Source: Acidobacteriota bacterium
GTDB taxonomy: Bacteria > Acidobacteriota > Terriglobia > Terriglobales > SCQP01
Direction of reading: 5' to 3'
Length of the DNA stretch: 64,000 nt
Assembly (NCBI GenBank): GCA_027314025.1
Contig: DAHVCP010000058.1
Span: forward strand, 25,711 to 89,710
A program made the translations under genes and the position numbers. The stretch's first letter is position 1. Each line of letters begins with the position of its first letter. The notes under the pieces are model-generated. The model saw only the letters and a program-made list of their open reading frames with translations. It searched no databases and had not been told where the DNA came from. This document shows, piece by piece, positions 38,799 to 46,564 of this stretch.

Positions 38799-38820
38799 GG
38801 CCGAAAAGCCGCGAAAGGGT
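38799..38820 (-). repeat. Partial copy (hairpin core) of the dispersed intergenic motif, reverse orientation
   Basis: The reverse complement CCCTTTCGCGGCTTTTCGGCC compares with TTTCGCGGCCTTTCCGCGCC at 14384-14403. Confidence 0.35.
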
Positions 38821-39172
38821 GCCTCCCGTCAGGGCAGGCGCGGCTTACCTTCGGCCCATGAAGGACGCGCCGGCATTCTGGGCCCAGCCGCAAACACGGC
38901 CCCCCGCCGCCCACCACACCCCGACCGCGCCGCCCCAAGAGCGGGGCGCGGCGGCGGGTCATTTACCCAAGCTCATCGACTGCCGCTGGTGCGGCGCTGT
39001 CGTCCCGCGCGAGGAAGCGGAGTGCTGCGAACGCTGCGGCTGGACCATCTCATATTGCAAAATGTGCGCGGCAACGCAGCCCCTGGGCATGGTATTCGCG
39101 CCTGCGCCAGCGCGGACAGGGAACCAGCCGGGCGAAGCGGCGGCTGGCCCAGCCGCCTCCCGCCACCAGGCG

Positions 39173-39583
39173 CTAGGTTCGCCCCGTCACGCCGCCTGCG
39201 CCGCCCGCCCGCAAGTCCGAGCTCGGCACCAGACCATAGCCGCCGAGGTCAAATTGCTCCACAGCCAGCGGGAACAGCGGCATGAACAGCCGGTGCCACC
39301 GCCGCGCCCCGGGATCGTGCTGGAGAAGCGACGTGGTCAGGCGCCGCCCCGCCAGCTCCGGCGCAAGCGCCTCCGGCCGCGCCGCCAGCACGAACAAATC
39401 CGCCTGCGGGAACAGCCGCGCCACATGCTCCACGAATCGCTCGCCCCCGCCGCGCCGGATAAACCAATGATGCACAATGGCCACCCGTAGGTGGGCAAAG
39501 CGGCGCACCAGCTCCGCCGGCGGGGCCGGCCCGCCGCTCGCGGCGGCGGCCTCGGGGGATGGGCGTTCGATCCGCTGCGGCAT
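39173..39583 (-). pseudogene. Truncated N-terminal fragment (about 135 of 435 codons) of a GT4 paralogous to 35273..36580
   Basis: The fragment reads ELVRRFAHLRVAIVHHWFIRRGGGERFVEHVARLFPQADLF...HRLFMPLFPLAVEQFDLGGYGLV. The full gene reads DLIRRFAHLRVAIVHHWFVRQGGGEGFVAHLAELFPQADLF...HRLFLPLFPLALEQFDLSGYDLV. About two-thirds are identical by hand alignment. The fragment stops at 39173, before the catalytic C-domain. Confidence 0.7.
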
Positions 39584-39878
39584 CAGCAAGCCTCCAGAAC
39601 CGCGCGCGTGCGCGCGGGCATTGAGAAGGGTAACCGTCGCCCACCAAAAAAGCGGGCGCAGCTGCGCGCCCCAAGTCGCCCTAAGGCGCCGCAGCAGACT
39701 AACCCGCAATGCGCCGAGATGCAACGTGCGGCGCAGCCTTCGGCAGCCGCCGAACGCGCCGCAGCCACCTCTCCGCGCCCCGGAGCACGGGCGCCCTGGG
39801 GCCCGGCTGCAGGGGGCGCGGAGCCGTCCGCCCGCCTGCCAGGGCTACGCTCCGGAAATTGGCGGGGTATAAAGAAAA

Positions 39879-42122
39879 ATGGGAATTTCAGCCATGACCA
39901 ATCGCTTGCCGCGCCTCCTCGCCGCCGCCCTCCTAGCCTCGACTCCGACACTCGCCCCCGCCGCAAGGGGGCCGGTACATTGCGAAGCAGCGGGCGGCAC
40001 CGTTGCTACCCGCCTAGACCGGAAGACCGGCGTATTGGCCGTCGGGACACTGTCCGGACGCGGCGTCATCGGCATCGACACCGCCGCGCTGACCGTTCGC
40101 AGCGGGCCGAAACACGAACCCAGGCGGACAGGCGCCCCGGTTCTCATTGGGGACGGGACCGCCACGGAGGCGACGGTGCTGACCAGCTCGACGCGCGCGA
40201 TCGGCGGCCCCGGCCACCGCCGGGCCACGGCTGACCTCCGGCGCCCAAGCGGCGGACGGCTAGACGCGGCGCACGGGGGCGCTGCGGTCCTCACCTCCAG
40301 GTGGTCGGGCCCCAGGGACGGGCTCGCTGGCGCCAGCGCCAGCGGCAGCAGCGCCGCGCAAATCGAGGGCAGGCGCGACGGCAGCGAGGTGGGACACAGC
40401 TGGACGCGCGGCGCCCGCCTGCCGACTGCCCGAACCAATGGGCCGACGAACGCGCCCACCGCCGGGAATGTCAAGGGCGTCCTCTACGCGGACCAATTCC
40501 CCGGGGCCGATATTGGCGCCCGGGTTAACGCGGCAGCTGAGGCCCTGCCCGGCGGCTGCGGCACGGTGGTGATACCCGCCGGCACCTACGCCTACACGAC
40601 CACGATCGTCAAGCCCCGCTGCGTCATACTCAGGGGGCAAGGCGCCGGTGCTGGCGGGGCACGGGGCGGCACCGTCCTCCGGTGGACGCCCCCATCGGGC
40701 GTCGCGCTGGCCATCGGCGACGCCGCAGGGCCCAGCGTCTACCCGATCGGCGGGGTGTCGAACCTGACCCTGGTCGGCCCGGGGCGCACCACCGAGACTT
40801 ACGGCCTTTGGCTCGGAGGGGACCCACTCGGCGCCGTTCTCCCCCCGGGCGCGTTCGCCGAGTCCCAGGGCATCCGCGGTCTCCGGATCACCCAGTTCGG
40901 CACCGGCGTCGAATGGGCAAACAACGCTTGGGTCGAGCGTTTCGATCACGATGCGATCTTCGCAAATGGCGTCGGCGTAAACGCCACGGCGGGGGCGGTG
41001 AACAGCGCCGAGCAAAACGACTTCGTCGCCGACAATATCTTTAACAACGCGGGTGCCGCGATCGCCGCGAATGAGGACTTCAACTTTGTCGGAACCAGCT
41101 TCGACTTCAACGGCGCGCCGTCGGTCGGCGCGGAATTCACGGACTGTCACTTCGAGCAACAGTCCGGACTCTTCATCAAGGGCCCCGGGGCGACGATCAG
41201 CGGGGGTTTCGCGTTCCTAGACGCGACATCGGGCAAAGACAGGGCCCTCTTCGAAGCGTCAGGCCCGAGGCCGGGCGAGTGGCATATCTCGGGCCTATAC
41301 GTGGGCTCGAACCACCCTGTCAGCGAGGTTTTGGACTGGCGGCTGCCTGCGGGCTCAAAGCTGTTTATCTCGGACCTCCGCGGTAACGGGGGCCAGGAGA
41401 TCGAAGCCCCCGTCAGCCCAAATTTCGTCTGGACCTACGGCAGCTACGTTAACGCTATGCTGTACGGCTCCTGGGCGAAGCCAGCGTACCTCGGGGCATC
41501 CCTGGATACCGGAGGCGAAATCGCTGGCGACTTCGCCAGCGCGGGAAATTACAGCCTCGAGCTCCTAGACGACGCCAATGGATCGGACGCCAACCCAGGC
41601 AAATTCCTGCGCGTCACCGGAGCGGACGGCGACCTCCAGGTCCTCAACAGCGCATTCACGAAGCCCATCCTCGACCTTTCCGACAGCGGCGCGCTAAGCT
41701 GGGGAGGGGCGGCCGCCATCGCCAGCAGCGCCCACACAGGCACGGGCAGCCTGGTGCTGGCGAGCTCGCCCAGGCTCAGCGGGTTGCCGAGGCTACCCCC
41801 AAAATACGTCGTGGGGGGTAAGACGATCGCTCAGCCGTCCGAGCCCGGCGAGCTCGCCTTGACCAGCCAGCTGCCGCTGGCCGCCACCAGCGGCAGCATC
41901 GGGGGCGTGTCGTTAGCGCCCGGTAATTGCGCCAGCGGGACGGTCGCCGTCCCCGGCGCTGCCAAGGCCGACGCGGTCGTCGTGACCCCCGAAACGTACC
42001 CTGGCGACGGCGTCTATTGGGGGGGGTACGTCGGCTCCCCGGGAACCGTCTCCGTGAAGCTTTGCGCTGTGGTCGCGGCCAGACCCGCCGCAACTGTGTT
42101 CCAGGTGCGCGTGCTGCCATAG
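39879..42122 (+). CDS. Secreted beta-helix protein P1 (Pectate_lyase_3 / tailspike-depolymerase-like) with a C-terminal 2-Cys beta-sandwich domain
   Basis: Signal-like MTNRLPRLLAAALLASTPTLAPAARG. Motif GVLYADQFPGADIGARVNAAAEALPGGCGTVVIPAGTY. Long collinear similarity to 42242..43879. Residues about 30-190 are low-complexity, so the start is uncertain. Confidence 0.7.
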   Translation: MGISAMTNRLPRLLAAALLASTPTLAPAARGPVHCEAAGGTVATRLDRKTGVLAVGTLSGRGVIGIDTAALTVRSGPKHEPRRTGAPVLIGDGTATEATVLTSSTRAIGGPGHRRATADLRRPSGGRLDAAHGGAAVLTSRWSGPRDGLAGASASGSSAAQIEGRRDGSEVGHSWTRGARLPTARTNGPTNAPTAGNVKGVLYADQFPGADIGARVNAAAEALPGGCGTVVIPAGTYAYTTTIVKPRCVILRGQGAGAGGARGGTVLRWTPPSGVALAIGDAAGPSVYPIGGVSNLTLVGPGRTTETYGLWLGGDPLGAVLPPGAFAESQGIRGLRITQFGTGVEWANNAWVERFDHDAIFANGVGVNATAGAVNSAEQNDFVADNIFNNAGAAIAANEDFNFVGTSFDFNGAPSVGAEFTDCHFEQQSGLFIKGPGATISGGFAFLDATSGKDRALFEASGPRPGEWHISGLYVGSNHPVSEVLDWRLPAGSKLFISDLRGNGGQEIEAPVSPNFVWTYGSYVNAMLYGSWAKPAYLGASLDTGGEIAGDFASAGNYSLELLDDANGSDANPGKFLRVTGADGDLQVLNSAFTKPILDLSDSGALSWGGAAAIASSAHTGTGSLVLASSPRLSGLPRLPPKYVVGGKTIAQPSEPGELALTSQLPLAATSGSIGGVSLAPGNCASGTVAVPGAAKADAVVVTPETYPGDGVYWGGYVGSPGTVSVKLCAVVAARPAATVFQVRVLP

Positions 42123-42150
42123 TGCGCACCCCGCGCCGCCCGGTTCCGTC

Positions 42151-42180
42151 CGCCGCCGCCCCGGAAGGACCGCGGCGGCG
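42151..42180. terminator. GC hairpin between the convergent P1 and P2 genes (bidirectional terminator candidate, no U-tract)
   Basis: CGCCGCCGC-12 nt-GCGGCGGCG, read directly. Confidence 0.3.
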
Positions 42181-42241
42181 CACCAGGGAGCGCCACGCCC
42201 GGCAGACGACGGCGCGACGGCGCCGGGGTACAAGTTGCCCG

Positions 42242-43879
42242 CTAGCGCAGCGCACGTGGGGCCGGGGCCGCGGCTGCGGGCTGGTAACCGCCGATGACCC
42301 AGGCACCCCAGTAATCGTCGGTGTCGGCCCCGGCGGTCCCCGCGGGGTTGCACACCTCGACCGAGACCCGCCCGTCGGCTGGTACCCTGGCCGACCATGT
42401 CATCCCGCCACCCGGCCTCCGCAGCCGGCGCAACCCCAGGGGCGGCTCGGTCGGTGACGCGATGGCGACGTCCCCGGCGACCGAACCCGGCGCAGCGATT
42501 GAAAAGGCCCGGCAGGAGCGCGGCGGAAGGCCAGCGAGCTGCACCCGCCGCCCCGCGTAGATCATGCGCGGAACGGGCTGCCCGCCCCCGACCGAAGGAT
42601 CGGTGAGCGCCGGTGTAACAATAGCAGGCGAGTTCGACATCACGAGATCACCGTTGCCCGTTTGGCTGGTCGTGGTCAGGGCCCCGCTGCTGCCCGCGAG
42701 CAATAATGCGGGCCCACCGCCAAGGACCCCTTGCGGGCCAATCGACCACCCCGACCCGCCCGGCCCCGAGAACAGCAGGGATCCCCCCGCCGCGCTGATC
42801 ACCACCGTGCCGCCGGGGCCGAGGGCGATCGAGCCCGCAACCAGCTGCCCGCCGGCGTCCCCTGCCCCCGGCTCGAATCCAGCGTCGGCGAACTCCGTCG
42901 GCTGGCCGACGCGGGAACCCGCCAGACGCCTTATCGTACCGTTCCTGTTACCCGCCACGCCCAATATGGTCACCGGCCCACCGGCGTCCCCATCCACCAG
43001 AGCGCCGGTCTGCTCGAGGGAATACGCGAAGATCCCCTCGACCACAGTGGAGCGGGAACTGGGCCCGACCAGGAAGATGCCCGGCGCCGAGCCCCCGGTT
43101 CCTGTCACGGTGGCCATACCCCCGAAGACCCTGACCGCGCCCCCCTCGGAGTCGTCGACGAGCGGCGCGGCGGAGCCCTCGAAATGGCAGCCGAAACATT
43201 GGAAGTCGGTCGAGACAATCGCCGGGCCGCCGTTGTAATCGAAGGACGTCCCCAAGAACATCAGGTCCGCGGTGCTCGCGTCGGCCACCCCGGGCCCCGC
43301 GTTGTTGAAAATATCCGAACCCACAACCCGGTTCTCTTCCGCGCTGTTCCCCGCACCCGCCGCCGCGCTGACGCCAACGCCGTTACCAAAGATCAGGCAA
43401 TCATCGAGCGTGTCGACCCAAGCATTGCTTCCCCATTCAACGCCCACCCCGAACGAGGTCACCCGTACCATCCTCACCACTTGCGAGTCCCCGAAGCCCA
43501 GTGGGCCAAGCCCAGCTCCGCCCGGGTCACCGCCCAGCCAGACTCCGACGCTACCAGTCGCGGCACCGGGCCCAACAAGCGTGACGTCCTCAATACCGCC
43601 AAGCGCGTGGGCGTTTGGCGATCCGTCGTCACCAAGGATAACCGCCGGCCCGCTACCATCGAAGTCAATCTCGGTCGCCGCGCCCGCTCCTCGGATCGTC
43701 AAACACCGCGGCTTGACCAGGGGCTGCGTGATAGTAAAAACGCCAGCCGGGACGGCAAGAAGGCCACACCCCGCGCCGTTGACCATGCCCTGAAGGCCCG
43801 CAACTCCCTGAGCGCGGCTGGACCCTAGAAACCCGGGCAAAAGCCCCACCAGCGCAAGTCCCAGAAGCCACCTCCCCAC
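42242..43879 (-). CDS. Secreted beta-helix protein P2, paralog of P1
   Basis: Signal MGRWLLGLALVGLLPGFLGSSRAQG. VKPRCLTIRGAGAA, VTLVGPG...GVWLGGDP...FGVGVEWGSNAWVD...IFGNGVGVSAAAGAGNSAEEN...IFNNAGPG...FLGTSFDYNGGP...CHFEG are collinear with P1. Confidence 0.8.
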   Translation of the reverse strand: MGRWLLGLALVGLLPGFLGSSRAQGVAGLQGMVNGAGCGLLAVPAGVFTITQPLVKPRCLTIRGAGAATEIDFDGSGPAVILGDDGSPNAHALGGIEDVTLVGPGAATGSVGVWLGGDPGGAGLGPLGFGDSQVVRMVRVTSFGVGVEWGSNAWVDTLDDCLIFGNGVGVSAAAGAGNSAEENRVVGSDIFNNAGPGVADASTADLMFLGTSFDYNGGPAIVSTDFQCFGCHFEGSAAPLVDDSEGGAVRVFGGMATVTGTGGSAPGIFLVGPSSRSTVVEGIFAYSLEQTGALVDGDAGGPVTILGVAGNRNGTIRRLAGSRVGQPTEFADAGFEPGAGDAGGQLVAGSIALGPGGTVVISAAGGSLLFSGPGGSGWSIGPQGVLGGGPALLLAGSSGALTTTSQTGNGDLVMSNSPAIVTPALTDPSVGGGQPVPRMIYAGRRVQLAGLPPRSCRAFSIAAPGSVAGDVAIASPTEPPLGLRRLRRPGGGMTWSARVPADGRVSVEVCNPAGTAGADTDDYWGAWVIGGYQPAAAAPAPRALR

Positions 43880-44006
43880 GTTCGATTTGACGCTGCCGGA
43901 CGGCGCCGGGAAGCCCTAGGAGCCCCGTGAAACCAACCCCGGGCCCAGATTGGGAAAAGCCAGCGCGCAAGCGCCGGCAGAGCAAGGAGCCAGCAGCAGT
44001 CAAACG

Positions 44007-45080
44007 CTAATCCGCGGCGGCCTGCAACACCTCCCAGGTGCGCGCGGCCGCCCGCTCCCAGGAAAATTGGGCAGCTCGCGCGAGGCCGCGGCGGCGCAGG
44101 TCAGCACGCAAGGCCCTATCACCCGCCGCGGCGACAATCCCGTCCGCCAGCGCCCCCCCGTCGCTCGGGTCGACCAGCAGCGCGGCTCCGCCAACCGACT
44201 CCTCCAGCCCAGTGCCGCGACCGGCAACCACCGGCACGCCGCAGGCCATCGCCTCAAGCGGAGGCCAGCCGAAGCCCTCATAAAGCGACGGGTACACCAG
44301 GGCAAGCGCCCCGGAGTAAAGGGCGGGCAGCACGCAGTCTTCTACCTGGCCAAGAAAACGTGTCCGCGCGATTCCGCCCGCCGACGCACCGCCGCGCTCC
44401 CCAAAGATCCGGGTCGGCGCGTCGGCACCGGCCACGGCCAAGACAACCTCAGCGTCCAACGCCCCCTGCACCCGCGCCCAGGCCGCGAGCAGCCCAGCAA
44501 GGTTTTTCCGCGGGCCGATACCACCAACGCTCAGAAGGTAGGGCCCGTGCAGGTCCAGGCGCCGGCGCATCGCCGCGACCTCGCCTTGCGGGCGCGGGCA
44601 AAACCTGGCGTCCACACCATGCGGGATGGTCACGACCTTCTCCGGCGCAACGCTGCAGTGGGCCAGGATGCGCTCCCGCGTAAACCCCGAAACCGCGATC
44701 ACGCGGCGCGCCCGCCGCGCTAAGCGGGGCAACAACCACCGGTACCACGCCGCGAAGCGCCGGCTGAGCCATTCTGGATGGTCCAGCGGGACCATATCGT
44801 GAATCGTGACAACCTGACGGGCCACGGCCAAAGGGCCGGTGTTGCTCGGGCTCCAAAGCAAACGACCACGCAGCTGGGCGGGCAAAATCACCTGCTCCCA
44901 CGCGTGCCCGAGGAAATCCCTCTGCGCCAAGCCGGGTGCCACCACCTCAACGCAACCGGGTAAGTGCCGCAGCACCTCCTGAACGTACCGCTGCACGCCG
45001 CCAATCGGCGCGCTCATCACGCGAGCGTTGAGCACGAACCCAGGAACCGGGCTCGGCTGCGGATCGGCGCTCGGGCTCAC
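44007..45080 (-). CDS. Glycosyltransferase family 4
   Basis: GTG 45080 overlaps the upstream stop (GTGA). The C-domain is LVYPSLYEGFGWPPLEAMACGVPVVAGRGTGLEESVG. Confidence 0.85.
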   Translation of the reverse strand: MSPSADPQPSPVPGFVLNARVMSAPIGGVQRYVQEVLRHLPGCVEVVAPGLAQRDFLGHAWEQVILPAQLRGRLLWSPSNTGPLAVARQVVTIHDMVPLDHPEWLSRRFAAWYRWLLPRLARRARRVIAVSGFTRERILAHCSVAPEKVVTIPHGVDARFCPRPQGEVAAMRRRLDLHGPYLLSVGGIGPRKNLAGLLAAWARVQGALDAEVVLAVAGADAPTRIFGERGGASAGGIARTRFLGQVEDCVLPALYSGALALVYPSLYEGFGWPPLEAMACGVPVVAGRGTGLEESVGGAALLVDPSDGGALADGIVAAAGDRALRADLRRRGLARAAQFSWERAAARTWEVLQAAAD

Positions 45081-46528
45081 CGGCCACCACGCGACGCCGC
45101 GGGGAGCGACCCGGGCGCGGCGAGCGGCCTGTCCCGTCGCCGCCGCCCGCGCTGCACGACCGACTCCCGCCAAACCATCGCGGTCAGGACGCCAGCAAAT
45201 GCCCAGAAGGGCAGGAAGACGAGCATGTCGGTCACGGCGGCGAACCCCGCCCCCAGCATCATCGCCAACGTCACTATCAGACCCTCCCGGTAGGGAAATC
45301 GCATCTGGGCGAGACTGCAATTGCGCCACTCGATCCGCGCCAGGCGCAGCGCGAACCAAACCGCGAGCCCAAAGCCGATAATCCCCACTGTACCCGCCAG
45401 CGTGGCCCCGAGGCTTGACGCCCGCAGGCTGCCCCAGCCCACGCCGAGGCCGCGCGTAGCGAGGAAGGCATGCCACGCAACACGGTTACTGAATGCGCGT
45501 TGAAAATACGACGCAGACCGCCATTTTCGGAACAGCAGGTCGTCGAGTAGGCGACGCACGTGCCCGGCATCCCTCAGTGCCCAGGCGGCCAATCCCAGCA
45601 GGGCCGCGCCAGCTGCCATCAGGGCAGCCGTCATGTTCGCGGTCAGGCGCCGCAGCCAAATCAATCGCAGGGGAAGTACCAACGCGATGCCGATCAGGAT
45701 CAAATAAGCCGTCGACGCTTCGGTAAGCACCAGGGCAAGGCCCACGCAGACCAGCCCGGTGAGATACCAGCCTCGTCGGCGGGCGAAGAGGGCCTGCCAT
45801 ATACAAAACACCGTCGCCGCGCCAAAGTACCACGCGGCGACGGACGCCTCGGTGAACGTACCCGTCAGGCGCGCCTGTCCCGCGACCGCCGCGGAATAGA
45901 GTTGGGCGTAGGCGGGATTCGAGTTAAAAAACCTATGCGGGTACCGCAACCCATTCTGAAAGGCCAAGACCTCGTAGAAGCCCACCACCGCAGCCACGCA
46001 TATCCCCGCCAGCGTCCACCCAATCAGGCGTCGCCCTGCGGACCCGTCCGGGCTGGCGGCGGTCTCTTCGACGACAACATGAAAAAAAAAGACGCAGCAC
46101 ACCAGGTATGCGGCCAGGCTCAAGTTTGTCAAAGATAGATGCAATGGAACGAGGTGAATCGCACCCAGGCCCTCCCTTGGCGACTGAACCGGCAACCCTC
46201 GAAAAACCCTGGGAAAAACGACGGCGCTTGCGACAGCGAACACGGTGAACAGGTACACCGGAACACAAATCCGGACTAGAGAACGGCTATACCACCGCTC
46301 GGGCCGACGCGAGAACAGCCACGCCAAGATCGCAAGCGGCGCGGCGAAGAACACCGGCTGGAGCCCGACCGGGTAGCGGCCGCCAAATCGCACGACCACC
46401 ACCGCCGCCGCCTGAAACACCGACAAAAACAGCGTCCAGCCCATCAGCCACCCGGGCCGCATGCACAGCAACGCAAACGTCACCGGGACGACGATGTATC
46501 CAAGCTCCGTTATCTTAATTGTCAGCAC
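45077..46528 (-). CDS. Wzy-like polysaccharide polymerase / O-antigen-ligase-like polytopic membrane protein
   Basis: Ten or more hydrophobic segments with a large loop. Locally lower G+C, as is typical for wzy. No soluble domains. Confidence 0.7.
   Translation of the reverse strand: MLTIKITELGYIVVPVTFALLCMRPGWLMGWTLFLSVFQAAAVVVVRFGGRYPVGLQPVFFAAPLAILAWLFSRRPERWYSRSLVRICVPVYLFTVFAVASAVVFPRVFRGLPVQSPREGLGAIHLVPLHLSLTNLSLAAYLVCCVFFFHVVVEETAASPDGSAGRRLIGWTLAGICVAAVVGFYEVLAFQNGLRYPHRFFNSNPAYAQLYSAAVAGQARLTGTFTEASVAAWYFGAATVFCIWQALFARRRGWYLTGLVCVGLALVLTEASTAYLILIGIALVLPLRLIWLRRLTANMTAALMAAGAALLGLAAWALRDAGHVRRLLDDLLFRKWRSASYFQRAFSNRVAWHAFLATRGLGVGWGSLRASSLGATLAGTVGIIGFGLAVWFALRLARIEWRNCSLAQMRFPYREGLIVTLAMMLGAGFAAVTDMLVFLPFWAFAGVLTAMVWRESVVQRGRRRRDRPLAAPGSLPAASRGGR
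46082..46090 (-). repeat. T9 (plus-strand A9) homopolymer inside the Wzy-like coding sequence (codes FFF in ...CCVFFFHVV...)
   Basis: Read directly: catgAAAAAAAAAgacg. It is the longest homopolymer I noticed in the window. Confidence 0.9.
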
Positions 46529-46564
46529 GGTTAACCCTACGCACTCCGCGTCAGCTCCGCCACG

